Shown piece after piece: positions 50,861 to 64,000 of a stretch of DNA of 64,000 bases. Where the stretch lies: positions 62,001 through 126,000 of the forward strand of contig NIVC01001795.1 of assembly GCA_002269645.1 (NCBI GenBank). The letters run 5' to 3'. The position numbers and the translations under genes are program-made. The notes under the pieces were generated by a model. It saw nothing but the letters and a program-made list of their open reading frames with translations, was not told where the DNA came from and made no database searches. The first letter of the stretch is position 1; every line of letters begins with the position of its first letter. This DNA comes from Macrostomum lignano. Taxonomy: Eukaryota.

Positions 50861-51538
50861 CTTATCAATTACACCGAGCATTTCCGAGTCTCTGTCACAC
50901 CAAGTTAGCATCCCGCCCTACTCGATATAATATTCGCACTGCAGCTGCCATCTGTCCCCTCTCCAGCGCTGACCCCCTGTCGCCCTCCATTCGCCCATCC
51001 AAAGCCGGGCATAATTGGCCCTCGCCGAGTAGCCCACAAGTGGCTTCGCGACGATGTTAGGCGAGGAGGCGTCACAGCGCGGGGCTTCCGAGCGCATCAG
51101 AGCGGAAGCTGATGGCCGGGACGAGTCCGCCGCCGCCGCCTCGGGGCTCCGGGCGGCTCATCTTGTGCGCCACTTTGAGCGAAACGATGAACTCAGCTCT
51201 GCTCAACCCAGCCTCCCGCACTCGGCGTCATCATCAACTCTGCTAGCGACGCCCCGCGGTGAGCGCTAGCCGGCGCACCATCTGGTGTCGGGCGGTTTGC
51301 GCAACCGCTGAGGGAATCCGGGGCGGGTGCGGGGTGTCGCTAATCCCCCCGACAGCCGTGATGAGAGCTGGGAGATCGCGTTGAGTCAAGTGTCTGATGT
51401 TTTTGTCTGGGCTTTTATTGTTGAGCTTTGAATGAAAGGCGAGCGGCAACCATTGTGGTCTGCTGCACGCATGGCTGGCCAAGTATATTGGGGGACTCAG
51501 ACTGTCAGCTCACAGCGTCCTCTGCCGGGGCTGCGACC

Positions 51539-51985
51539 ATCTCAGTGTCTGTCTCAGTGTCTGTCTCAGTGCCTGTCTCAGTTTCTGTCTCAGTATCTGT
51601 CTCAGTGTCTGTCTCAGTGTCTGTCTCAGTTTCTGTCTCAGTATCTGTCTCAGTGTCTGTCTCAGTGTCTGTCTCAGTGTCTGTCTCAGTGTCTGTCTCA
51701 GTGTCTGTCTCAGTGTCTGTCTCAGTGTCTGTCTCAGTTTCTGTCTCAGTATCTGTCTCAGTGTCTGTCTCAGTGTCTGTCTCAGTGTCTGTCTCAGTGT
51801 GTGTCTCAGTGCCTGTCTCAGTGTCTGTCTCAGTATCTGTCTCAGTGCCTGTCTCAGTGTCTGTCTCAGTGTCTGTCTCAGTGTCTGTCTCAGTGTCTGT
51901 CTCAGTGTCTGTCTCAGTGTCTGTCTCAGTGTCTGTCTCAGTGTCTGTCTCAGTGTCTGTCTCAGTGTCTGTCTCAGTGTCTGTC
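51539..51985. repeat. 12-bp minisatellite (TCTCAGTGTCTG)
   Basis: Direct periodicity. Confidence 0.96.
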
Positions 51986-52677
51986 TTAGCTAAAATAGTG
52001 TCGCTCCATCAGCAACAGGCGTTCACCTCATTGGGGATAAAATCCTCACCGAGTCGAGCCCAATCCAGGTCATGTGCGCCCCCCCCCCCAACTTTTCCGT
52101 CATGTCAATTTCGCAGCGCGGCAATCAGAGAGCGGCAGGCAGGTAAAATTCGTGCTCATTAAACCAATCTCCCTGATACACACGAATACAAGTTTTGAAA
52201 TCTCTGGGATAAAAGATTCGGGAGGGGATTTTAATCCTCAAGCCAATGTCAGGGGAAAACCGGCAGCGTTTCACTTTCAATCCGAGCCGATGGGATCTTA
52301 AGAGGGGATTTGCGGCCGCAAACAAGGCAGCCCCAACCCCCTCCCGTTTCAGCTCCGATGTCATCTGCGAAGGCAACTCTCTCGAGCGACGAGCGAAGAT
52401 TGAAATGATTCCGTCTGGTTTCCATGGCAACAAAAAGGGGATGGAAAAATGGATGGGATGATGGGTGAGGCTGCTCAGAATTCAATGCATGCAGCTCTCG
52501 GGCTGCATTTGCTTTAAGCAAGAGTGAATTTAGAAAGTCTGGATATGCAGAAAATTAATCAAAATATTTGCTGTACTTTGAATGCAGATCTATAGGCACA
52601 ATATATCTATAATCACCAAATCTATAGGCACCCAGCTTTTAGTCGATGGATTGCAAGGTAGATATTCGTAGGCACTA

Positions 52678-53090
52678 GATCTATCGACACAATCGATCCA
52701 TCGGTACTAGATCTATAGACACTATAGATCAATCGGTACTAAATCTATAAACACACCGGATCTATCGGTACTAGATCTATAGACACACCGGATCTATCGG
52801 TACTAGATCTATAGACACACCGGATCTATCAGTATTAGATCTATAGACAAAGAGGATCTATCGGTATTAGATCTATAGACACACCGGACCTATCGGTATT
52901 AGATCTATAGACACACCGGATCTATCGGTATTAGATCTATAGACACACTGGATCTATCGGTACCAGATCTATAGACACACCGGATCTATCAGTATTAGAT
53001 CTATAGACAAAGAGGATCTATCGGTATTAGATCTATAGACACACTCAATCTATCAGTATTAGATCTATAGGACCTATCGATACAATATCT
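52678..53090. repeat. 32-bp minisatellite rich in short palindromes (TAGATCTA, CTATAG)
   Basis: GATCTATCGG at 52759 and 52791, continuing onward. Confidence 0.9.
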
Positions 53091-53894
53091 ATAGCATCAG
53101 ATCTATTGAAAGTTGATCCAAAAGTTCATCAGAAATCTCACGCACTGCAGCCTACGGAAGCCCCATCACACATCGCATCAGAGCAGAGCCGCAAGGGTGC
53201 CATTGCTAACAATTAATCGGTTATTGATGAGCTACCGTCCAATGTGGGGAGTCCAGACGAGGCCCAGAGGCTCCCCAGTTGGCTGTTGCTTTAAGCTGCC
53301 ATCCCCGGTGCAAATATTGATCAGGCAGGGTGCACTCTGCCGCAGCCGCGCACTACCACCACTCCGGCACTCCTGGCTGAGTCTCACAGGGCGGCTGCGG
53401 TCTCAGAAGTGAGAGCGAGTCTCCCGGAGGGAAAGCCCTTTAAGAAATCCTCTTCTCACCTCCCGTGTGTTGTTTCCGTGTCTACCTTAGCATGTCTTGC
53501 GGCAGAAGGATAAGAGAGGCGAGCTGCCGCTCTGCAAACGCGCCTCGTGTCAAACATGCAAATATTGATCCTAGGAGCAGAAACACACAGTGCCAGCACT
53601 GAATCAACACCCTGAGGCTCAAGTGCTTCGAGAGGAGCGAATGGCTGTTGAGCTGCCTTTGGGAAAGACTCACTCCGCCCACTGCTCTCTGTTCTCTTCT
53701 TCTGCCATTGTTCATTTCGATTTCATTGCCGGAGAATGTGGCGCCGCCCCCTCACTAGTTTAACTGCTTTGTCGAAATTAGTTTCAATAAGTGACTGTTT
53801 TGTCCCTTGAAAATTTCCTACTGAAATGACGGAAACAGTAAAAAAAATTATTTAAATTAAAACAGAAGAAGAAAGAGGGTTGGATAGGCTTTGT

Positions 53895-54480
53895 GGAGAG
53901 GAGAGGAGAAAGGAGAGACAAGAGGGGAGAGAGGAGAGAGGAGAGAGGAGAGGGGAGAGGGGAGAGAGGAGAGGGGAGAGAGGAGAGGGGAGAGACAAGA
54001 GAGGAGAGGGGAGAGAGGAGAGGGGAAAGGGGAGGGAGGAGATGGGAGAGACAAGAGAGGAGAGGGGAGAGAGGAGAGAGGAGCGGAGAGAGAGGAGAGA
54101 GGAGAGAGGAGAGGGGAGAGAGGAGAGAGGAGAGAGGAGAGGGGAGAGAGAAGAGAGGAGCGGAGAGAGAGGAGAGAGGAGAGAGGAGAGGGGAGAGAGG
54201 AGAGAGGAGAGGGAGAGAGGAGAGAGGAGAGAGGAGAGGGGAGAGAGAAGAGAGGAGCGGAGAGAGAGGAGAGAGGAGAGAGGAGAGGGGAGAGAGGAGA
54301 GAGGAGAGGGGAGAGGAGGGAGGAGAGAGGAGATGGGAGAGAGGAGAGAGGAGGGAGGAGAGAGGAGATGGGAGAGAGGAGAGAGGAGGGAGGAGAGAGG
54401 AGAGAGGAGAGAGGAGAGGGGAGAGAGGAGAGAGGAGAAAGGAGAGAGGAGAGGAGAGAAGAGATGGTAGAGAGGAAGAG
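53895..54480. repeat. AG-rich polypurine tract
   Basis: Composition. Confidence 0.93.
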
Positions 54481-54926
54481 GCAGAGTTAGAGGGAGAGGC
54501 GGCAGAGGAGAGGAGAGGAGCGGGGAGCACAGACTGAAGAATTAGGACACAGAGACAGCCCGGAACCAGGTCAACTCCGCACGGTCGGGTGGCAACCGAG
54601 ATCAGCTCGAATTTTCAAGTCCATACGGGGGGCCACCGGAAGCAGCGCAGCCGCCGCACGAACTTTCAGCTGAAACTGCAGCACCTGCAGGACCTGCCGG
54701 CTCGATTCTTCGAGCAGAAAAAATGAAAGACGACATTTTTTCGAGACGCACTGAACTCCGCTTTTCCGCTCCGATGAATTTATAAGAGTTGCAGCCATTC
54801 TGTACAGAGATCTGCTGGCTAAACTCCTTCAAGTAAGCAGTGGCTGAGACTTACGGGGCTTTGCTGTGAGAGTGCTTCCAGAATTTTGTCTGTAAACTGG
54901 TAAAAATTGCACCATCAGACAGTGTG

Positions 54927-55127
54927 GGAATCGGACAGAGTGGAAGGGGAATCAGACAAAAGGGAAGGGGAATCAGACTGAATGGAAGGGGAATCAGAGA
55001 GGGTGGAAGGGGAATCAGACTGAATGGAAGGGGAATCAGACAGAGTGGAGGGGAATCAGACAGAGTGGAAGGGGAATCAGACAGAGGGGAAGGGGAATCA
55101 GACAGAGTGGAAAGGGAATCAGACAGA
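54927..55127. repeat. About 21-bp minisatellite (GGAATCAGACAGAGTGGAAGG)
   Basis: Direct periodicity. Confidence 0.9.
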
Positions 55128-55669
55128 AAAGAAGATCAATTAAAATTCAAGAGCCAACCGGGATGTGGGAGACCCGGCCGTCCCCAACCTGCAAGCCCTG
55201 CAAGCCGCGGCCACAGCAGGCAGGTAAGTCGGTAATGACCCCGTGGCTGCGTCCGATGAGCAGATAAAAAGCTGAGCATCCGTGACCAGGCTCAGAGCCT
55301 CTTACCCCGCAGCGCTAATTCGGCGGCAGGCAAGAGAGGGGAAGATAAAAGCTGAGAAAATCCCCAATTCAAAAGGGCCCGCCATGGGGGAGTTGCTCCT
55401 CCACTTTCCCTGCGCCAGTCAGTCCTTACCGATTTTTCCCCACAAGGGCGGCAGTGATGATGTAATCTGATTATTTATTGATCGCGCGGACACGGAGACT
55501 GAGGAGACGGCTGGGGGCGGAGGCGGATCCGTGCCGGCCATAATTCCCTAAGCATTTTTACCCCCAGGCCCGGCCGGAATCGCTTTGATTTTTCCCTCTC
55601 GCTTTCTTTCAATCTTCATCCGTTTTTTCACCAGTCGAGAGTTTTTCCTCCTGTATTGCGTAACCCGCA

Positions 55670-55937
55670 TGGGCTGGCGATTAACAATGTTAGTTTCGAT
55701 ACATGTCGGGTGGGCTAGGGATTAACAATATTAGTTTCGATACATATCGGGTGGGCTGGGGATTAAAAATGTTAGTTTCAATACATGTCGGGTGGGCTGG
55801 GGATTAACAATGTTAGTTTCGATACATTTCGGGTGGGCTGGGGATTAACAAAGTTAATTTCGATACATTGTTAATGTATCGAAATGTATCGAGGTGGGCT
55901 AGGGATTAACAATGCTAGTTTGATACATGTCGGGGGG
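55670..55937. repeat. 41-bp minisatellite, about 6 copies, with an internal fold-back
   Basis: TTAACAAT at 55681 and 55722, continuing onward; hairpin at 55858-55884. Confidence 0.9.
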
Positions 55938-57829
55938 ACTGGAGATTCGTTTTGCAGGACTCGAAGCTTCCACGACCCCTGGGTTCGATTTCTGGCTATC
56001 GAATGGCTACTTTCATTTCAGCCGGTGATTTGTCGTGCAATTTACAACCCACGAGGACCAACCCCAGTGTAAATGCCTGACGATGAGAAAGTCAGGGCCG
56101 CTGTTACACCCTATGTGAGCACCCGTAAGACCTCAGGAACAAAAAATCCAATTTTTTATTTCCTGAAATGTCTGGAATGCCCTGATTGACCCATAAGTTT
56201 GCTCAGTGTGGAGTCGATAGTCTTCAGTGCCGCTGCTTTCATTTAATTAACCTTGAAGAGCTGCCCGATTTAACTTGCCGCTCTCGACAGACAGAGCTCA
56301 AACAATAGTAAGTTTCTTGTTTCACTCTTCTGAGCAACTCCTTTCTCCACTTTCTCAACCGCGAAGGCGTTGGAGCGCAGGTTGGTGCGGCAGCGCCTTG
56401 ATTGCGCAACCACTCGACACAAGTTGGTCCAAACCTGAAGGCTCTCACAGCATTTCATTTCTTTGTTAATATTTTTATTTTTCCGTCTTTTTCATTAAAA
56501 CTTTGTTGCCGGAAAATCGGGATCGAGAAGACCTCTAAGAGTTGAATAAAGCTCGGCTAAGATTTCCGACAGCCGCAACTGAAGTGTGCTGAGAGTTGCG
56601 AAAAAAAGTGAAAAAGAAAGTGAAGTCTGCCGAAAATTTCTAGCTGTCAAAAACTCTCGGCACAAATTGTTTTTCTTTTGCGCTAAAAACAACGCAGGAC
56701 GGACCGGACCGATTGACCAGGGCGGGAATTACGCGTACCCCGAGCACGGAGCTGCGTTGCGCAATCGGCACCACCTCGGGGGGACTGCCGGCCCCTCTGG
56801 GATTTCGCAAGACAGACAAGAATCCGATTTGCAATTGTCCTCCCCAATGAGAGAAAAATTTGCAGCACAAGCAATAAGGGGGGAGAGAGCGGGAGCAGCT
56901 GACAGAAACGACCCGACCCTCTGGGCTCCGGTCTGTATCCAGAACAACTGCGCTCTGCCAATACACACCCGCCATTGCCCTTGGGCTCTTACGTAACACC
57001 TACTCTCCCCTGCCTTCCCCTCCGCGGCAGCAGCAGCCGGGCCACCCCTCTTTCTGGTCTCTTATCTGGGCCCAGTCCGCATTATTTTGGTAGCTGGCAA
57101 CCTTTTTGTTCCCCTGACAAGCAGCCTCGCCCAGGACGCGACCTCCCTTCCTGGAAGGTCGAACTGGGGCTGAGGAGGGAGGGGTAGGCTCAGACAGATT
57201 CCTTTCAGGCCAAGGTAAAACACAGCGTGAGCACCGCCGCCAAGCCCTTTTAGAAAGCAAATGCAGTGCGGGATTGTAGCTGTCTGGCCTCAACATGTCA
57301 AGTCCTGCTCTACCGATTCTCCACGATGCACAGACAGGGAAGGATGGAGGGTTGAACCTCCCCCCCGTGACCCCACCGACTGCCAACTCGCGTACGCCAC
57401 GCCACGTCAGGGAAACCCGGCCAAGCAGCGACAATGGACTGACATGATTGATTGCGTCAGATTGCTGGACCAAAAATGCCAACTTGACACGGAGGGCATC
57501 CTTGGCGGGGGGGGTGTTTAATGCACCCGAAGAAGTTCCTGTTGGCTCCTGTCTTCCCTTGAACTGGTGCACGGACTAAGGAGACCAAATTAAGAAGTAG
57601 CAAAGAAAAGTTTTATAAAGTATGACACTAATCTGCCCCCCCGTCTCTCTTCTGCTCCTAGAAGCAACAGTTTTCTTTTAGTGTTTTGGCAACAGCTGAC
57701 AGCGCACTGCACCGCGCGCGCGGGGACTTCGGTGGGCGGAGCGTCTGCCGCTTGTCCGGGGGAGAAGCAGCGGCAGAGCAGCAGAAAGTCAGCAGGCGGC
57801 TCACAGGCTAAGAAAGTCAAACCAGGGTT

Positions 57830-58060
57830 ATCGATTGTCAGACTGGCTGCATGAAATTTGCAGTAGTGCACCGGACCTCCAGACCGCAGGGCGGTAAGGG
57901 CCTCGGACTACTGCAGAACTGCCTCCACAGATCCTCGTGGACGTTGAACCTGGCTGGGAGCCGAGGTAGACAAACTGATGAAGTTCCTCCTCCTCCGGCT
58001 CCGTCAGTCTGTCGATTTGTCGACGTAGCCCGCTGAGCAACCACTCCGTCACAGCAGCAG
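57830..58060 (-). mobile_element. Possible decayed non-LTR (RTE-like) reverse-transcriptase fragment
   Basis: EEEELHQFVYLGS...AVWRSGAL resembles the LE.V..F.YLGS...VW region after the LINE RT core; short and degraded. Confidence 0.3.
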
Positions 58061-59323
58061 CCCCCATCTTTCCTATTATTTCCTATCGAGAGCCCTCAGG
58101 TGCTGGTGCACTTTCAAAAATTGAAAGGCAACCTGCTGTCACACAATCTTCTTTGCTGTAAAGCTGCTGAAATTTCTTCCGCAGTGAATGGCTGTTGGGA
58201 GCCCACAGGTCCGCCCCTGGGTGGTCATGCTTGAAAGCACCTCGCCTGATCAAGTGAGAGAGAGAGAGGCTGACAGGGGAGACAGAGAGTGAGATGGGCC
58301 ACCAACGTTTTAAGCCTCTGAGCTCACCTGAGCTGGCTGGAAACTGAATTTCTTAGAAAATTTCAACCCAGTTCCTCAGCCCCCCCCCCCATTGTTCAGG
58401 GTCCAGCCCGGCTGCTGCAGGATGCTGGAGTTCTCGCATGAGAAGTCAGCGCGAGGCGTCACCCTCCCCCGAGCCCTTACTCAGCTGCGACTCAACCGAC
58501 TATTTTTTTTTCGCTTGCCAGGCGAAGACAACTGCGAATGCGTTTTGAGGACAACTGTTGAGGAAATGCTGGGCCTATTGTTGCAAAAGCAGAAAAAGCA
58601 GGAGAGGCTTTCAAGCTCGCGAGCTGCTTTTATCCGAAGCTAAAAGAAGACCCCCACACGCTGCAGCCTCTTGCATAGCAACAAACTCTGAAGCAGCCTC
58701 AAGGCGGAGTCTCCAGTAACCCGAAGACCCATTGTGTGAAACCCCGCAACAGTAGAAATCGCAGTCTCACCTTGCAGCTTGCACACGTCTGCTGCTTTTA
58801 GCAGAGCAGCATCCGCTACAGAAGAAAGACAGCAGATTTTGCTGAGCGGCTGTCGGCACTCAGTGTACAGTCAGAGTCCCTTGTCAGCTGTAGCGGAGGT
58901 CACCGAATAACTCGACAGTAGGCAGGGGTGTTGGCGACCTCGAGCAGCCCCCAGACTGCAGTAATAAGCACACGAGAGTCAACTTGAAAGGCCGCTGACC
59001 GCTCGCGGACCAATGAGAGGGTGAGGAAGGGGGCGTAGCTGCAGGACTGGCCGGGCCACTCAGAGTTTGAGCTCAATAAACCCCCGGCCACATCTGTAAT
59101 TCGCGGGGCATAGCAGTGACTCACAGTGCTTTTTTGTTTCAGAAGTGGCGATTTCTTGAGTTTGTTTGACGCAAACTCGTTGTACTCCAGTTGGGCTGGG
59201 CTGGCCTTTCAAATAGCAGCAGGCAGGCATTAATTAGGTGCTGAGTAACCAGTTTATAATGGCGCTTTTAGATGACAGATGCTCGGTTCTGAGCTGGATC
59301 CGATTAGATACAAATGCCTTGAC

Positions 59324-59550
59324 CTATCTACCTCTCCGTATCTACATCTCCATATCTACCTCTCCATTATAGCTACCTCTCCGTATCTACCTCTCCATAT
59401 CTACCTCTCCATATCTACCTCTCCATATCTACCTCTCATTAGCTACCTCTCATTAGCTACCTCTCATTAGCTACCTCTCATTAGCTACCTCCCATAAGCT
59501 ACCTCACATTAGCTACCTCTCCCTATCTACCTCTCATTATCTACCTCTCA
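59324..59550. repeat. 14-bp minisatellite (CTACCTCTCCATAT / CTACCTCTCATTAG)
   Basis: Direct periodicity. Confidence 0.88.
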
Positions 59551-60117
59551 CTATGAACATATCCCTATCGTCTTCTCTTCTTCTCTACGTATCTACCTTC
59601 CTATTCTACATCTCCTATCTACTTCTTCTTATCTACCTCTTCCTTTATACCTTTCTTCTCACCTATCCCCGCCATGCCCAGGGCACTGCATCTCATCTGG
59701 TATCTAGCGCAAGCTCAACTTCGCAGCATTAAACAGCAAAAAAACAAAAAACTGCATTAAAATTCGTCTTGAATAGCCAAGGTGGCTCTTGTCAGGACCG
59801 AGAAAAAACGGTGAGAACCGCCGCCTTTTGGGCTTTAAACTGCCGACTTTAATGAGTAGGTATGCTCAACTTGAGCATTCAAACCGCTAACTGTGTCTGG
59901 CAGTTTAGTCTTACGCGTTCTGTCATTTGAGCTGCCATTGTGCCGCCTCTGTCAACCTGAGATCGGACACTTATCAACGGGTCTTGAAAGCTTGTGTTTT
60001 TTGTAATAATAGACTGAACAATAGTCAGGCTGTTTAGCAGCAATAATACAAGATTTAGCTTGTGACATGTTGATAAAAGTTCACGGGCAGAAATAATTGA
60101 TTAAAATTTAAGAAAAA

Positions 60118-60990
60118 AAGAGAAAGGAGGAGGAGAAGAAGGAGGAAGAGAAGGAGGAGGAAGAGAAGGAGGAGGAAGAGAAGGAGGAAGAGAAGGAGGA
60201 AGAGAAGGAGGAGGAAGAGAAGGAGGAAGAGAAGGAGGAAGAGAAGGAGGAGGAAGAGAAGGAGGAAGAGAAGGAGGAAGAGAAGGAGGAAGAGAAGGAG
60301 GAAGAGAAGGGGAGGAAGAGAAGGAGGAAGAGAAGGAGGAAGAGAAGGAGGAAGAGAAGGAGGAAGAGAAGGAGGAGGAAGAGAAGGAGGAAGAGAAGGA
60401 GGAGGAAGAGAAGGAGGAAGAGAAGGAGGAGGAAGAGAAGGAGGAGGAAGAGAAGGAGGAGGAAGAGAAGGAGAGAGAAGGAGGAGGAAGAGAAGGAGGA
60501 AGAGAAGGAGGAAGAGAAGGAGGAAGAGAAGGAGGAAGAGAAGGAGGAGGAAGAGAAGGAGGAGGAAGAGAAGGAGGAGGAAGAGAAGGAGGAAGAGAAG
60601 GAGGAAGAGAAGGAGGAAGAGAAGGAGGAGGAAGAGAAGGAGGAGGAAGAGAAGGAGGAGGAAGAGAAGGAGGAAGAGAAGGAGGAAGAGAAGGAGGAAG
60701 AGAAGGAGGAAGAGAAGGAGGAAGAGAAGGAGGAGGAAGAGAAGGAGGAGGGGAGAGAAGGAGGAGGAAGAGAAGGAGGAGGAAGAGAAGGAGGAGGAAG
60801 AGAAGGAGGAGGAAGAGAAGGAGGAGGAAGAGAAGGAGGAGGGGAGAGAAGGAGGAGGAAGAGAAGGAGGAGGAAGAGAAGGAGGGGGAGAGGAGAGAAG
60901 AATAGGAGGAGGGAGAAGAAGGGGAGAGGAGAGAAGAGAGGGAGGGGAAGAAGGAGGGGGGAGGGGAGAGAAGAGGGGGAGGGTAGAGGC
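60118..60990. repeat. Polypurine 12/15-bp repeat (GAGGAAGAGAAG[GAG])
   Basis: Direct. Confidence 0.95.
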
Positions 60991-61756
60991 AGAGAGATGG
61001 CAGAGGTGAGTGGGGGAGAGCTACAGAGTGATTGCCAGCAGATCATTCATCCAGTCTGCTTTCGCATCAGAAACGGCCTGAGCAGGCAGTTTCCAGCGAA
61101 TCGCAGGGAGCCGCCGCTGATGTCAGGTGGGGCACAGCAGATCTGGGACGCGGCTGCAGTCAGACTCACAGAGTCAGTCACGAGTCCCACAGGACAGTGT
61201 GTAGGGGGGATTTCGATCCCAGACTTCCAGCCTCCACTCCAGCTCGCCTCAAACACCGTTGATTCGAGTGGGAAGTGGACGGGCAAGGATTTCCCCGCTG
61301 CAGGGGGGGGGCGATGGAGCCGCGGTCGCATAGCCGACTTATTCTGCATTTTCTCGCACCGGTAGCGGGGCGGGGGGAGCAGCCAGCAGAAATATGATTG
61401 CGTAATCACTGGGTTCAGTAAAGACTCGAAAGTTTCCAAAGCAACGTTTGCTTACATCGGATATTCGGGTTAACAGTTTTCGCCAATGCCTGCGAGTTTA
61501 AATCCTCATCTGAGGCTTTCAATTCCCATGTTGATATTCGATTTGTAAGGGGGGAGGGTTCGGTGCTGCAGCATGCATTGAGCTCAGGACTCAGAGCTCA
61601 AACCTGATCGAATCCTCGAATGGGAGGCCGGGGGTTTTATTTCGAGTGGAGAAAATTTCTGTAAGGATTAGCGCTTGACATTGTGACAGGCCCTAGGGGG
61701 TCAGTTCACTGATAGGGGTCACTTTGTTGATGGGTCATGCTGTGGTCACATGCTCA

Positions 61757-62243
61757 TTTTGGTCATATGGTCATTTTGGTCATATGGTCATTTTGGTCAT
61801 ATGGTCATTTTGGTCATATGGTCATTTTGGTCATATGGTCATTTTGGTCATATGGTCATTTTGGTCATATGGTCATTTTGGTCATTCAGTCATTTTGGTC
61901 ATATGGTCATTTTGGTCATATGGTCATTTTGGTCATTCAGTCATTTTGGTCATATGGTCATTTTGGTCATATGGTCATTTTGGTCATTCAGTCATTTTGG
62001 TCATATGGTCATTTTGGTCATATGGTCATTTTGGTCATTCAGTCATTTTGGTCATATGGTCATTTTGGTCATATGGTCATTTTGGTCATTCAGTCATTTT
62101 GGTCATTCAGTCATTTTGGTCATATGGTCATTTTGGTCATATGGTCATTTTGGTCATATGGTCATTTTGGTCATATGGTCATTTTGGTCATCTGGTCATT
62201 TTGGTCATTCAGTCATTTTGGTCATATGGTCATTTTGGTCATA
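61757..62243. repeat. 17-bp minisatellite (GGTCATATGGTCATTTT / GGTCATTCAGTCATTTT)
   Basis: Direct periodicity. Confidence 0.95.
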
Positions 62244-62867
62244 CAGTCGTTTGTTTATATGGTCATGCTGGTCATGATCATCTTGTTCATAGGGTCATCA
62301 TAGTCATATAATAATATTGGTTAAATAATCGGCTTAGTCATAGGGTCATAGAGGCCACAGGTCTCCAACCTACTGAAGAAGTGAGTTCAGCTATTCAGTA
62401 CGCAACCCATAGCGAGTGCTGACAATCAGAGCATGAGCTGCTACTCAGCAGCCAGCATTAACAAACAAAAGCCATGCCAGAGGGGTTTCTGAACTCGCTA
62501 ATGGGCCGAAATCCGACGCCAAACTCGGCCGGGATTTTATTGAAAGGTTTCGTTTGAAGGCCACCCGCCACCTGAAACCTTAAGAGAGAGCACCAGCTGC
62601 TGCAGCCTGGCACAGAGAATCTCAACTGAAAGGTTAGTCAATTGACAGCTGAGATGTCGAAAGTTCGGACGTAAAATTGGATGACAGAAAATTAGAAAGT
62701 TCGAGGTAGATACAGAATTAATTAGATAAGAATACAAAAGTAGACAAAATGGTAGACACGTGTAGATAAATTGTAGGCATAAAGGTAGATGCATAGGTAG
62801 ATATTGGTAAATTGTAGATGTAAATACCGAAGTAGAAACAGAGGTAGATACACAGGTAGACACAGAG

Positions 62868-63530
62868 TAAGACAGAGGTAAACCCAGAAGTTGACACAGA
62901 GGTAGACACAGAGGTAGACTCAGAAGTAGACACAGGAGACACAGAGGTAGACACAGGAGACACAGAGGTAGACACAGGAGACACAGAGGTAGACACAGGA
63001 GACACAGAGGTAGACACAGGAGACACAGAGGTAGACACAGGAGACACAGAGGTAGACACAGGAGACACAGAGGTAGACACAGGAGACACAGAGGTAGACA
63101 CAGGAGACACAGAGGTAGACACAGGAGACACAGAGGTAGACACAGGAGACACAGAGGTAGACACAGGAGACACAGAGGTAGACACAGGAGACACAGAGGT
63201 AGACACAGGAGACACAGAGGTAGACACAGGAGACACAGAGGTAGACACTGGGTAGACACAGGAGACACAGAGGTAGACACAGAGGTAGACACAGAGGTAG
63301 ACACAGGGGTAGACACAGGGGTAGACACTGGGGTAGACACTGGGGTAGACACAGAGGTAGACACAGGGGTAGACATAGGAGACACAGAGGTAGACACAGG
63401 GGTAGACACAGGGGTAGACATAAGAGACACAGGGGTAGACACTGGGGTAGACACAGGGGTAGACACAGGGGTAGACACAGGGGTAGACATAGGAGACACA
63501 GAGGTAGACTCAGAGGTAGACTCAGAGACT
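62868..63530. repeat. 21-bp minisatellite (GTAGACACAGGAGACACAGAG) grading into 12-bp units
   Basis: Direct periodicity. Confidence 0.94.
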
Positions 63531-64000
63531 GAGCTAAAAATCCAGCCTCAAGATTTCAATCCTCCGCTCCTGATAAATCCAAATGAAGTCGACAACAACA
63601 GCAAAAGCTTGGTAAACTGAGATTTCTAAATCAAGCCAAGAATGCGATCGGCAGAGATGAAGGACAGGAGAGGCTGGGAGGGCAGCCGCAGATGTCGGAA
63701 GAGCCACTCAGACAGGCTGAGCACACCACAGCTCAGCTGGACAGGAGAAGAGAATGAAAGGTCGCCGACTAAAAGAAGCAGGAAGGAAGAGGCCAGGGAT
63801 TGAGGAGCCGATGGGGTCGCTGGCCTTAATTACTAAGGGGTGGTTACGCAATCGAGATCAGAACTCCAGTTCGTAGTGCGCTGACCCCGCCTAAACATAC
63901 AGATACGTTAAGCGTGCAGCGGGTTGAAGGATAAAATACTCACTTTAAAATTGGAGTTTGTATCGAAAATGGGGCTGTTGAGGGTTGAAGGGTCTCCGCG

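Noticed and set aside
57000-57572. 190-aa ORF and a possible LTR (TAACACC...GGTGTTTA)
   Set aside because: No domain motif, no TG...CA ends and no TSD.
58690-59110. Further RT motifs (AFQVD, ADAALL) extending the LINE relic
   Set aside because: Spacing to the YLGS fragment does not fit an RT domain; chance resemblance is likely.

Overview
Intron-containing, repeat-rich animal genomic DNA, not prokaryotic. Gene content and repeat style resemble a lophotrochozoan such as a free-living flatworm like Macrostomum (inference only). Hand splicing gives three protein-coding models. (1) A small secreted WSC + PAN/apple-like gene on + at 3.4-4.2 kb with an unresolved or broken start. (2) A three-exon minus-strand gene (21304-17506, about 1148 aa) in which an ORF of about 15 ankyrin repeats splices in frame onto a Mab-21/cGAS-like nucleotidyltransferase, i.e. 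an ANK-cGLR candidate immune sensor; the ORF track shows it as three unrelated ORFs. (3) A five-exon, 7-EC-repeat protocadherin (30492-22652, about 1202 aa). A very young, internally deleted BEL/Pao LTR element (14631-17474, GAAGG TSD, LTRs 257/258 identical) sits 31 nt behind the cGLR stop codon, inside a minisatellite made from the gene's own last codons. A solo LTR (38757-39589, CATG TSD), a 1.9-kb tandem duplication bounded by Helitron-like ends and about 30 micro/minisatellites are also present. No recognisable host CDS lies between 30.5 and 64 kb; this may be protocadherin 5'UTR intron and regulatory DNA. All models come from reading the sequence, with no database search.
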